From contig JBHGNT010000013.1 of assembly GCA_043228905.1 (NCBI GenBank), positions 12,152,001 to 12,216,000 of the forward strand: a stretch of DNA of 64,000 nucleotides, written 5' to 3'. The stretch comes from Azolla caroliniana. Taxonomy: Eukaryota; Plantae; Polypodiophyta. The notes under the pieces are model-generated. The model had not been told where the DNA came from and did not search any database. It worked only from the letters and a program-made list of their open reading frames with translations. The translations under genes and the position numbers were made by a program. Numbering within the stretch: the stretch's first letter is position 1; each line of letters opens with the position of its first letter. Shown here piece after piece: positions 23,606-36,380 of this stretch.

Positions 23606-25023
23606 TTTCTGTGTTACCGTTGCTCTGATACCACTTGTCGAGCACAGTTCTCGGCCACAACCGAGGAATAGGATCAAACTTACAGAAAACGGGAAATACA
23701 AAATGCACGAAGACAATAGAGAGGAGAGTACACAGGGTGTTTTACGTGGAAAACCCTAAATGGGAAAAACCACGGGAGTCCTCAAACTCCAACTATCACT
23801 ATACACAGAGATGTACAATGGTGAAGCTACAAGGCAACAACCTTGAGCTCACTATCTTCGCCACAGGCGGCGGTAATACACAGAGGCGTCGACCTCTTCC
23901 TTTCTCTCTCTCTCTCTCTCGGCTGCTCTCACTTCACTCCCTCTGAGTGGAAAACAGAAAATGAGCGACAACATAAAACTGTTTGCCCTAAGTCATATTT
24001 ATACATATATGACTTTCGGGCTATTTACAAATATAGCCTCAAGGGCTCTTGGCAAACATATTCACAAATATGTCCCCGCATCCGGATCTCTCTCCGGGTA
24101 CACTCATCATCCGGCTCCGTAGCCGGGGTCTTCATCATCCGGCTCCGTAGCCGGGTCTTCGTCATCCGGCTCCGTAACCGGGTCTTCGTCATCCGGCTCC
24201 GCAACCGGGTCTTCGTCATCCGGCTCCGTAACCGGGGTCTCTTCATCCGGCTTCATGCCGGGTACGATTCATCATCCGGTTCCGTAATCGCAACCGGGCT
24301 TGCCGTCATTCATCTCCGGACATCCCATCCGGAGGGACCGAAATCCCAACAGGTCCACCAGCGCCACCACCGGTTCCTGAACATCCCCGATCTTCACCGG
24401 GGTTTCCGTGGTCGCTCGAGCCTAGTGTGACCTCGAATAGTGGCTCTCCGCCCACTCGTCTTCCAGCGCCATGTCCTCTATGTGCGTCGTCCGCACTTCC
24501 ACCGGCCTTTCCGGTTCTGCCTCCGTTGACAACCTCTTCCTCTTCACCAAGTCCACGATGGAGTCGTGGAACTCTTTCTTGGCGATCTCGAGCACCTCCC
24601 GCAACGACAGTTCCACCTTGTTGTCGAGGATTCGTTCTTCCAGGACCTTTCGTAGGTTCGTGGTCCTTTCGATCTCCGTGCCCAAATGGTATCCACCCTT
24701 CTGTGGTTATCCCGGGCACTGGACTCACCGGCCTCGTTCTGTTTCGGCCTGAATCGGGTTTTGTATCTCTGTGAGGGCCCGACCCCTCCGATCTTACCTA
24801 CCCGTTTGTCTTCAACCAGAGCCTCGTAGTTCTGGCAAGCTGCTTCGACGAAACCCGTCTTTTCTTCGACCGGGTCACTCCACCCGGTTACCTCCTGGAC
24901 CCGCTTCTCCGCGCCTTCAGTCGAGCACTCGCGAGGCCTTCTAGCACCATCGGCCAGAACTCGGCTTTGCTCTCCTTCCGGGCCCCGCTGCCCCCGACCC
25001 AAATACCGGCTGACGTTGAGTAG

Positions 25024-28000
25024 TGTTGGGATTACGGTCCCTCCGGATGGGATGGTCAGATGTCCGGGAATCGGGAATGAAGACCCGAATGAGGAGTACC
25101 CGGTATCGGAACCGGATGATGAAGACCCGGCCATGAGGAGTACCCGGTATCGGAACCGGATGATGAAGACCCGGTCATGAAAATGGAAGGCGGCGGTAGT
25201 GGGCCTCCGGCCATGATGGTGTTGAACTCACAGAACTACGCCGACTGGAAGATAAAGATGGAAGACCTTCTCATCGTCCGAGACCTGTATGAACCGATCG
25301 ACAATGCCGAGATACCCAAGGGGGTAATAGAGTCGGAGTGGAAGCTCCTGAACCGGAAAGCAGTAGCGATGATCCGGCAATATGTCGATGTAAGTGTTCT
25401 GCAACATGTGGCGAACGATACGAACGCCTATGAGATGTGGCAGAAGCTGTCCGGACTGTATGAGAGGAAGAATGCTCTGACCCAGACCTCCCTGATGAGG
25501 AAGATAGTGAATCTTAAGTACCGGGATGGCGAGAGTATGGTGGAACACGTAAGCACGTTCATGGGATTCGTGAACCAGCTTGCGGCGATCAAGTTCCCGT
25601 TGGAGGATGCAATGCAAGCCATCATTCTGATGTGTACATTGCCGGAAAGCTGGGAGAACTTGGTGGTGACCCTCAGCACCTCCTGCACCGAAGATAACTT
25701 GTCTCTACAAACGGTAAAGACAAGCATTTTGAACGAAGAAGCGCGTCGGAGAGATAAAGAACCGGCCTCCGATCCGAAGATGCTGCTTACCGAATCGGAT
25801 CGGGGAAGACAATGGAACCGGAGTCCGCAAAGACGGGAGAAGTCGGGGACCCGGTCGCAGTCAAGAGGAAGGCCCACATGCTTCCACTGTGGGAAGCCGG
25901 GACACTTCCGAAAGAATTGTCGGCATTACCGAAAAGACAACGGAGCCGACGACACCGATTCGAAGAAGTCTTCGGAACGGAACGGTGCTTACCGGGGAGC
26001 CACGGACCAAAATGGTTCGGATCGGCGAGGGCAGGACCGGAAAGGAACGACGGCACTCGCGGCAAGTGAAGAGGAGATCATGCTCATCACCGAAGAAGGT
26101 GAACTAAACATTGCCGGCGATGAGACTACCTGGGTGGTCGATTCCGGAGCGTCGTTCCACCTGACCCCGGAAAGAAGATACTTCTCATCCTACACAGCCG
26201 GTGAGCATGGCTGTGTCCGGATGGGAAATGAAGGTACGTGCCGGATTCCTGGCTTAGGAGACGTGTGGTTGACAACCTCGACCGGATGCAAAATGTTGCT
26301 GAAGGATGTCCGACATGTTCCGGAGGTTCGATTGAACCTGATTTCGGCCGGGAGGCTAGACGATGAAGGCTACACAGGTAGCATCCGGAACTGCGTAATG
26401 AAATTCAGCAAGGGGAGCCTGATAGTGGCTCGGGCCCGGAAAGTCAACACACTGTACCTTATGAATGCCTGGTTGTGTCCGGAGGAGTTGAACGTGGCAG
26501 CTGACACTGCCGGTGAGCTGTGGCACAAGAGACTGTGCCACATGAGTGAGAAGGGGATGAAGAGGCTTGCAGAAGACAACCTTATTCCAGTGAAGCATGT
26601 GCACCTGGAGAAGTGCACCGATTGCCTGGCCGGTAAGCAGAACCGAACCTCCTTCCACTCAAGGCCACCGACGAGACGTAGCGCACCATTGGAGTTGGTG
26701 CACACTGACGTGTGTCAAGTAGAGACGAAGTCACATGGCGGAGCCCAGTACTTCGTGACATTCATTGATGACCACAGCCGGAAGCTGTGGACGGCACCGT
26801 TGAAGACAAAGGACCAAGTGTTGTGCGTCTTCAAAGAACTCCACGCGAGAGTGGAAAGGGAATCCGGCAAGAAGCTGAAAGCGATACGAGCGGATAACGG
26901 AGGGGAATACCGGGGGCAGTTCGAGGAGTACTGTCGCTCGAAGGGAATCCGGCTCAAGTTTACTGTGCCGAAGACGCCGGAACTGAACGGGCTGGCCGAG
27001 AGGATGAACCGGACCATAATGGAGAGGGTCCGGAGTATGCTGGCGCATGCGAAATTACCCAAGGGGTTTTGGGCTGAGGCAATGTCGACGACGACATACG
27101 TGATAAACAGATCACCCTCAGTACCTTTGGACGGAGACACGCCGCAGAGAGTGTGGACCGGTAGGGAAGTATCCTACCGGCATCTGAAGGTGTTCGGGTG
27201 TCTCGCATATGTGCATGTGGCAAAGGACCGGAGAGGAAAGCTAGATCCAAAGACCCGGCCATGCATATTCCTCGGTTACGGCGATGACGAGTTCGGCTAC
27301 CGAGTATGGGACCCGGTCGACAAAAAGATATTCCGGAGTCGTGATATCATCTTCATGGAGGACAAGACACTCGCCGACTGGGAGTCGGAGAAGAAGATGA
27401 AGAGCTCCAAGTCGACCGGTGAGGATCAACTCTACGAGGAGCAGTCCCGACCGGCAAGAGACCGGTTAGCACTCGAGGATCCGGCCGAAGACGGTGAAGA
27501 AACAGAACCGGCCGAGGAAGATGAAACTGATACCGGAACCGGCCCCGATCCCGAAATGGATTCGGATGAAGAGGAAACGGAGGAGCCGGTTACCGAAGCT
27601 TCGGAACGGAGATATCCTCTAAGAGAGAGAAGGGCCCCCCGGAGATTTCCGGAACCAGAGCACGTGCTGCTAACCGACGAGGGGGAGCCGGAGAGTTTTG
27701 AAGAAGCAAAGCTTGACACCCATAGCCGCAGGTGGTTAAGTGCCATGCAGGAGGAAATGGATTCCCTGCATGAGAACCACACATATGAACTTGTGGAGTT
27801 GCCGAAAGGAAAGCGGGCACTTCGAAACAAGTGGGTGTTCAAGCTGAAACCGGGAGATGCCGGAAACCCCCCGAGATACAAAGCCAGGATCGTGGTGAAG
27901 GGGTTCCAGCAGAAGAAGGGCGTCGACTTCGACGAGATATTTGCCCCGGTAGTGAAGATGACCTCCATCCGGACGGTGCTGAGCATAGCGGCAAGCGTGG

Positions 28001-29903
28001 ACCTCGAGGTAGAACAGATGGACGTGAAGACGGCATTCCTTCACGGTGACCTCGAAGAAGAGGTCTACATGCAGCAACCGGAAGGATTTGAGAAGAAAGG
28101 GAAGGAGCACCTAGTATGCCGGTTGAAGAAGAGCCTTTACGGACTGAAGCAGGCTCCCCGGCAATGGTACCGAAAGTTCGACTCCTTCATGACCGACGAA
28201 GGGTACCACAAAACGCAGTCCGATCACTGAGTGTTTGTGAAGAAGTTCGAAGGAGGAGACTTTCTAATACTCCTCCTGTACGTGGACGACATGTTGATCG
28301 TCGGACGGGACCAGGGCAAGATACAGATGCTGAAGAAAGCGCTTCACCGAACCTTCTCAATGAAGGACCTGGGTCCGGCGAGGCAAATACTAGGGATGCA
28401 CATCATCCGGGACCGGAAGAAGAAGCAGTTGTGGCTGTCACAGGAGAAGTACATGACAAAGGTGCTTCACCGGTTCAACATGTCGGAAGCAAGACCGGTC
28501 GGGTCAACCCTCCCGGCAAACTGCAAGTTGTCCAGCAAGCAAAGTCCCAAGACAAAGGCTGAGAAGGAGGACATGATGAAAGTACCATATGCCTCTACCA
28601 TCGGAAGCTTGATGTACGCAATGGTGTGTACAAGACCGGACATAGGATATGCAGTCGGAGTGGTGAGCCGGTACATGAGCAATCCCGGCAAAGAGCACTG
28701 GAACGCGGCCAAGTGGATACTCCGATACCTGAAGGGCACGGCAAACGTGTGCCTCCGATTCGGCTCCGGTAAGCCCGAACTCGATGGCTTTACGGATTCG
28801 GATATGTCGGTTGATGCAGATACCAGCCGGTCCACATCAGGGTATGTGATGACGTATGCAGGGGGAGCTGTTTCGTGGCAGTCGAGGCTGCAGAAGACGG
28901 TTGCGTTGTCAACCACGGAGGCGGAGTACATGGCGGCTGTTGAAGCCGGCAAGGAAATAATATGGATGAGGGACTTCATTAGAGAGCTCGGTATCCGGCA
29001 GGAGGAGTACCGACTCTACTGCGACAGTCAGAGTGCCATCCACCTTGCGAAGAACGCGGCCTATCACTCCCGGACGAAGCACATCCAGCGAAGATATCAC
29101 TGGATCCGGGAAAGGATAGAAGACAAGGAGTTCGTGTTGACGAAGATCCACACGGACGAGAACGGGTCAGATATGCTGACCAAAGTGCTCACACCCGACA
29201 AGCTGGAAGCGTGCCGGAAGAGGGTTGGACTGGAAAGACATCCCATGCCGAAGTGAAGGGGGAGTTTGTTGGGATTACGGTCCCTCCGGATGGGATGGTC
29301 AGATGTCCGGGAATCGGGAATGAAGACCCGAATGAGGAGTACCCGGTATCGGAACCGGATGATGAAGACCCGGTTACGGAACCGGATGATGAAGACCCGG
29401 TTACGGAACCGGATGACGAATGTACCCGGAGAGAGATCCGGATGCGGGGACATATCTGTGAATATGTTTGCCAAGGGCCCTCTAGGCTTTATTTGTAAAT
29501 AGCCCGAAAGTCATATGTGTATAAATATGACTTAGGGCAAACAGTTTTGCTGTTGTTACTCATTTTTCTGGTTTTCCACTTAGAGGGAGCTAAGTGAGCA
29601 GCCGAGAGAGAGCAAGAGAGAGAGAGAGAGAGAGAGAGACGAAGAGGTCGTTGCCTCTGCGTATTACCGCCGCCTGTGGCGAAGACAGCGAGCTCAAGGT
29701 TGTTGCCTTGTAGCTTCACCATTGTACATCTCTGTTTATAGTGATAGTTGGAGTTTGAGGACTCCCGTGGTTTTTCCCATTTAGGGTTTTCCACGTAAAA
29801 CATCCTGTGTACTCTTCTCTCTATTGTCTTCGTGCATTTTGTATTTCCTGTTTTCTGTGAGTTGATCCTATTCCTCGGTTGTGGCCGAGCACTGTTTTCA
29901 ACA
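25024..29903 (+). mobile_element. Ty1/Copia element F (E family), 5' LTR/PBS deleted
   Basis: TSD AGTAG on both sides. 3' LTR 29267-29903 with PPT. Only ~107 bp of the 5' LTR remain, fused to the gag start through a duplicated filler. Confidence 0.95.
25183..29256 (+). pseudogene. Copia F gag-pol with a single premature stop
   Basis: ORFs 25177..28230 and 28231..29256 are in frame. TGA at 28228-28230 replaces the TGC (Cys) found in E. Confidence 0.92.
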
Positions 29904-31469
29904 AGTAGTGGGCGGTCTTCGCGTGCCGGGCTGCCGCCTCTTCCATCAGCCTTTTCATTCCCCCTCTCCTGTCGTTTCGGTTCAGGGCCCTCCGGGTATC
30001 GATGGCGTGCACCCGACCTTCCCACATGTACACTACCCGGCTTCTCAAAGCCTCCATAAAGTCCCCGCAGTCTTTCCGGATGTGGCCGACCTCGTCGCAC
30101 CACATGCACCTACTTCCTGTTGGAGCCCGTCGGTCCTGAGCCTAATCGCCGCCTTCCCTCCGAGCCTAGGCGATCTGGAGATCCTTTACCGCTCGTGTCA
30201 ACTCCTCCAGAGCTGTTCCCCCGGACGAGCCTCTGATCACGCCGGTCGAAGACGAACCGGTTTCGGGCCACTCCCGGTTCTCTTCCCTTCGCGCCTGTGG
30301 TACCAGTTCGAGCTTCCTTGCCGCGACAGGTCCCGCCCCGGTCGCCTCTGTATCAGCCCACTCCCACCGTTTGTCAAAACGGCCGCAGACTCTCTTTACC
30401 GCAGCCCAATCGGTCGTCAGCCCATCTTCGGTTTCCAGTAAGGAGCCAACTTGCCCCCGATCTCGTGCGTCAACCGATTTGACAAACAGTAGGACACGAC
30501 TTGTGTCCAGAACGGTCCGATCGAGCGCCGAAAGGCGCGCAAAGCGTTCCTCAAACTCCCGGAGGAGTACCGACGCATTTCTTCCTTTGTTGGGGGACTC
30601 CACCCACTCCATGAAACTCCGCTTCGAAAGTCGAAGCGCGTCATCCAACCCGTATTTCTCCAGGAGCCGTCCTTCGAACTCCTCCCAGGTCCGGCTCTCC
30701 GCCCGGACCTCGAGCACCTCCGCATGGATGCCTGGCATCGCCACTCAAGGGAATCCGGCAAGATGCCTCTCTTCCGGAATATCCCTCATCAACATCTCCG
30801 CACGGTAGGACGCCAAATAACTCGTGGCATCCTTTCCACTGAACCGGCCGATCATACCAATGATCGCCTCAATAGCCATGTCAAGGGCGCCGGTACCCTA
30901 GCTCGCGCTCACAATCCAGTCACGTATGAGCAAAGAAACACAGGGGGCACGGCCTGTCAACACAAAAGACGCGAATGGACACAGAGACAGGGAGACACAA
31001 GTGTTTGTATATTAACGAATAACAAGTACACAACAGAGCACGTGAGCGGATACGACCGAACAGGTCGGCGAACAGATGTCGATGCATGTTCGTCTGCGCA
31101 CGTAAAGGGGATAGGATGGAGGTGCTGCCGGAAGCACACGGGCGTTCCTCGAAGCAGCGCGAGCCTATCGAAACCTGCAGAGAAGAGCAATAGAGAACAG
31201 ACAGAGGAGAAGCGTTCGGTTACGGTCCGACAGCACTTCATCCTCCTCAATGCACGATCCCCTTTCTCCCTTCGTCTCCCTCTCCTTTATAGCGTCAAGA
31301 AGGGAGTCGTCTCCCTCATTTACTTCCTACCTACCGAATCTAACTACCCAGGATCTCTCTATGTACCTAATTCTCTATCATATACATTAAGAGCGCGCAC
31401 ACGTGAAGGGCCGGTTCATGTGCGCTATTCACCGATTGCGCCAAGGGACGGTTTTCTTCACGACAGCGG

Positions 31470-33274
31470 TATATGGGCAAACAAAAGACCATTTTACGCA
31501 CTTACGTCTGTGCCTGGAACGTTGCCGCACCGCACGCTTAAGCCTGAATACCGCGAAATGTGCCTTCGGCGTGACCAGCGGGACTCTCCTAGGCCACATA
31601 GTCAGCAAAGAGGGAATAGCAGTCGACCCAAACAAGATCTCCGCGATTACGCAAGCTAAAACTCCAACAAACGCCAAATCGCTTAGCCGTTTTTTGGGAC
31701 AAATACGGTGGCATAGTCGGATGATACGGTATTTTGCGGACTTCACCACGCCTCTACACACTGCCGTACATCGGACTCCTTTCCAATGGACTGCAACAGA
31801 GGAAAAGGCCTTTGAGGCACTTAAGATAATGCTCACACAGGCTCCCGTCGTACAACCTCCAGTTTGGGCGAAGCCATTCCACGTGTTTGTCGACGCCTCG
31901 GACATAGCAATAGGAAGCGCGCTAATGCAGCTCACCGAACCAAACTGGTACAGGCTAGTATACTACGCAAGTGGTAAATTGTCAGCAGCAGAGCGTAACT
32001 AATCCACAACAGAGCGGGAGGCGCTAGGAATGATCTATAGCATCAATAAATTCCGACACTATTTATTAGGACGGAAATTCACGTTCCACAAAGGAAGTGA
32101 CGACATTTGGTGACGTGGAGTCCGTCAGGATGAGAAGGAAGCAATTTTACGAGAGGCACACTGCGGCACGGCCGGCGGCCATTACGTGGGCGACGTGACA
32201 GCCCGCAAAGTATGGCAGGCAGGCTTATGGTGGCCAACAACGCAGAAGGACGCATCCAAGTATTGTAGAAAGTGTGATTTGTGTCAGCGGATGGGTCAGC
32301 CCGCGGAGGACGCAAGGATGCCACACCAACCCGTATTACCGCTAGACCCCTTCCAAAAGTGGGGATTGGATTTTGTAGGGCCCTTCACACCAGCAGCAGC
32401 CCGTACGAGCAATAAATACATATTGGTAGCCACGGATTACTGCACCAAATGGGTAGAAGCAAAGGCACTACGTGAAAATACGACGGCCGTCACGGCCAAA
32501 TTTCTTTACAAGCACATCTGGTGCCGGTTCGGCTGTCCGATTGAGCTCATCAGTGACCAGGGGAGCCACTTCCTCAATACGGTGGTTCGGGAACTAACAC
32601 AGCATTACGCGGTAGTCCACAAGAAGAGCACGCCATATTACCTGCAGGCGAATGGATTAGCAGAATCCACGAACAAAACATTACAGACCATTTTGAAGAA
32701 AACCGTCAATGAAAATAGAACGGACTAGGATACCAAACTCCAGAGTGTGTTATGGGCATACAGAACTAGTTACAAAACAACCATACAGTCAACACCATTT
32801 CGGCTAGCATTTGGACTAGAGGCTGTGATGTCGGTCGAATTTCGGGTACCTAGTTTGCGCATTCAGGTACGGAACCGATTATTAGAAGCCAAGTCGGAGG
32901 AGGAACGGCTCTACCGACTCCTCGAACTAGGGGAAAAACGCGTCCACAACATGGCTGTGTTGGAACAGGAACAGTGACGACATAAAGCGTTTGTAGATCG
33001 ACATCGGAGCGCAAGGGAAAAGGAGTTCGTCGTGGGCCAAGCGGTGCTAGTTTTTCAAACGCGCATGGGCCATATGCCGGGGAAGTTACGTTTCCGCTAG
33101 ACCGGCCCATACTGGATAATTGGAGCAGAACAAGGCACGTTCCAACTAGGAACGCTGGCTGGAGAAATAGTACGGCAAAAAGTGAATGGGTTTCGGCTCA
33201 AACCTTACATGGGCCCTACGCCACCTAACCCATTCACCGCCGAATGGGACAAAGCTGGAGAACCCGCAACATAA
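31470..33274 (+). pseudogene. B RT C-half, RNase H (partly deleted) and integrase
   Basis: Resumes as YGQ after the GCGG TSD. FHVFVDASD motif. Apparent deletion at ~32090 joins GRKFTFH to the integrase HHCC region. WGLDFVGP, ISDQGSHF, GPY motifs; several stops. Confidence 0.88.
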
Positions 33275-33423
33275 AATGGACAGTCCCATTTGTACTATAA
33301 TGTAAAAATAGGTTGTAAATAACCATTACGAAAAAAAAATGAAAAAAAGAGAGAGAAGATAGCGACTATTAAAACGACTAAAGGCATGCACAAACTCCTA
33401 GTTCAAGAACACGCGGCACCACG

Positions 33424-36380
33424 ATGGCTCACCGCCCAATGAACCCTACGCCACAAAAAGAAGGAAACAGAAGATTTTCTACACAAAGCAGAAACCCATC
33501 TTCTAGCTATCAGCGCTCCCATCGCTCGTCCTCCTCACCTTCTTCCCCATCCTATCTCAGAGCTCCAACCCACCACAACCTCTCGTCTCCTCCCCACGAA
33601 CCTACTCTGGCGATGCCAATCTTCATCTCTACTGCCCTACGCCGATGGCTCGTAGAGAAACGCCTGGACAGCTACATCCGGATCGCAGAAGCACCTCCGC
33701 ACCCGGACGCCATGAACATCACCATGAAGCTTAACATCGACACGGTCACCAACTCTTCCATTCGGAAGAAGTTGGACCTATCCTCACTAGGCGAAAGACA
33801 TTTCGAAATACCTCTTGCAGAGGCGCTGCATCGGTATTTTGGACCATATTCCTCCTCTGCCAAGGCCTATAGAACAAAACAGATTCCAGATCCCTTCTTC
33901 CGTGAAGTTGCCAAGTTCCTACTGGAAGTCGGCTGCGTCCATGTCAACGCATATGGGATGCCTAAGCAGAAGGCGGGCATCATTAGCGACACCTTTGAAG
34001 GGCGTGTAGTCGACTGGGAGGTCATCACAGGGCCAGCGTTAAGGGAAGGCTTGCATGTGTACCAAGCAGGCAAAAAGCTCAAGCCAATCATCCAACAATA
34101 CCTTACGGTACTATTTCCACCCCGAGGCCTGCCAACACCGCAGCCCAGCCAACCCACGGCCCCGCCCCGATCCGCGAAACACAAGTTAGCGGAGTTATCG
34201 GCCCTAGAGTGGGATGAGGAAGCCCAACCGGCCCAGCCAGACCCAAGGGCAACACCTCCTACCGACCAGTCGGACACACGGGTGACGCAGGAGGAACAAC
34301 TGAGACGCTCCATGGAAGCAGCCCCAGAACCAGACACCAAAACACGGCGGGAAAGCCCCATACCAAAACGGTGCAGATTGGACAGGAAAGATGGGCGGGG
34401 GTTGGTAAAAAACACCCCCACGGCACCGGAGGCACCGACCGAAGGCGAAGGCTCCGCAACAGCAGAACCAAATACCACCTTTGAAATCATCCGGGAGCCA
34501 CGACCGATTATTACGACTCAGTCCCAATGAGGGAAAGCCGTATTGACGGCAGAAAGTGAGGTTTTGGCATATCCGGATATCCCGGATACGGCCCACGAAT
34601 TTAGCGCCCTCTTGCAGTTCGGTACTTCTTTTGAGCTCATGGAGTTCCTGGCAACACAACAGGTCAAAGCCGCCCAACGAATGGCCGAGGAGCATGCGGA
34701 ATGTCAGATGATCGAGCGCGCCCTAACACAAACAACGGAGAGCGACGATGAGGACCGGCTAGCCAGGGTCGGCAGACAGAGGAACGTCGGGGTACGGCGA
34801 GTAGGGATGGAGATACCACCCTTAAACACGGCCCTAGTCGAAGTCCATCGGGAACTGGCAAAGGTCAGCACGGGCGCCAAGGAGATGGCCATAAAAAATA
34901 AGAATGTCTGGAAGAAGGTTAAACTGACCGAAGCCGAACTACAAAAAGCCAACGCACGCATCGCGGAGTTGGAAGCTCACGCGACTACGGTGCAACACGC
35001 AACCCCGCCACCGAACCACGTCATCGACGCTCTAAAAGAAGAAATCGAGGCTCAGACCGCCATCGCCTCAAAAGCAAAAAGGGTCGTGCAGCTAGCAGAA
35101 TCCGAAATTGACCGTCTTCGAGCAGAACTACGCCTATCCTCCGATAGAGAAAAGGAGATACAGGCTAACAGACAGAAGGCCGTAAAAACTCTTGAAGAGA
35201 AACTAGCTATGGAGGTAGCTCAGGACATCCGGACAAAGGACGACAGCGCACAATTATGAGAGGACGTGAAGAGATCGGAGGCGGCAATCCAAGGACTTCG
35301 GACCTTATTAGAAAAAAAGAAGGTATGGTTCGATGAGCAGTTGGTGACGAACAAGATAGAAGACATCAGCTCGAAATCTGCCTAAACAATGAGATGGGGA
35401 GATTAGAAGAACAACATGCAAAGGAATCCCAGCTGTGGGCGGGCCTGAAGGCCACGTATGAGGAAGCGGCAGCCGTTAAACAGCAGGAAATCACAAATCT
35501 CCAAAAGTCGATGGAAGACGCATGCAACCGCTGCCAGGCCATCATGGATAACGTGCGCATCCTTCTCCAAACAAACCGGGAAAGGTTCATAGCGCAATTG
35601 AAAATGGCGTTGGACAAAGGATGGATGGCGTGGGCAACCCAAGCAACGGAATTGCACGCGTATCGGGCGGACTGGGAGAACCGGCAAAAAGACGGCCGAG
35701 GTTTTTATAAACTAAATGAGGAGAGCATTGCGACCGTACGGGAGGACCTAGCGCAAGACTATCGTGCGCTAGCAGACCAATACTCTGAAGAACTCGCACA
35801 GCTCTTAGATGATTTTGGTGAAAGTCAGGAGGAGCTATTTCACCAGATCACACAAGCCGGCAACACACGCACAAACGAGGAACCCAGCGCGACACCAATT
35901 CCGGTCACAGCCGAAGAAGAGGAACCTCAGGCCCAATCACCAAAGATGACAATGGGGGAGAATAGCGGGGACCAACGAGCGGAGTTCCCCACAGGACCAG
36001 ACAACGAAACCATTACCCAACAAGAGGTCCAGCCGCACGAGCCCACACCATCATCAAACCACGCGGAAAATAGTGTGGACCAGGCGGAATCTCCGCCCCA
36101 CTCCCAGGAACATACAAAAATGGCCAACACCGCGGAGGACATAACAATGGAGGCTGAGCTGCAGCCGACTGCAAGCACGACAACGGCGGAGCCCAACCCA
36201 CTAACTCAAGAAGAGCCCACCGTACCCAGACCACCCGCACACGACGACGACGACTCCGGGAGAAACCAGGCCGACCAAGCAGAGGAGTCGCACCACGATG
36301 CACCTACGAGCCCTACATCACCTCCGGATGAGGACACCACAACAGAGCCGAACATCCAGGCCATTTTGGAAGAAGATTAA
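33424..36380 (+). pseudogene. Additional 3' ORF of B (~980 codons: globular N-domain, coiled coil, acidic tail), interrupted
   Basis: ORFs 33424..34530 and 34543..35259 share a frame; 35394..36380 follows after a frameshift. Lies between IN and the 3' LTR on the sense strand. Confidence 0.75.

Larger units (their letters stand above)
18806..24351 (-). mobile_element. Ty1/Copia element E, structurally intact, very recent
   Basis: 716-bp LTRs at 18806-19521 and 23636-24351 with one visible substitution (19184/24014). TSD GGTCC, PBS TGGTATCAGAGC at 23622-23633, PPT GAAGGGGGAG. Confidence 0.97.
14058..31465 (-). mobile_element. Ty3/Gypsy element D (fungal Ylt1-like signature), hosting E, F and an rRNA fragment
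   Basis: 3' LTR 14058-14708. Truncated 5' LTR ~30917-31465 (lacks ~100 bp and the PBS). 4-bp TSD GCGG, PPT GGTGGGGGCGGA. Gag ~30879-29909 and 25018-24357, PR VDHGSEIN, RT-RH 17815-16253, IN 16240-14709. Confidence 0.92.

Noticed and set aside
19637-29151. Many overlapping alternative-frame and antisense ORFs in E and F
   Set aside because: Expected shadows of GC-rich gag-pol coding sequence.
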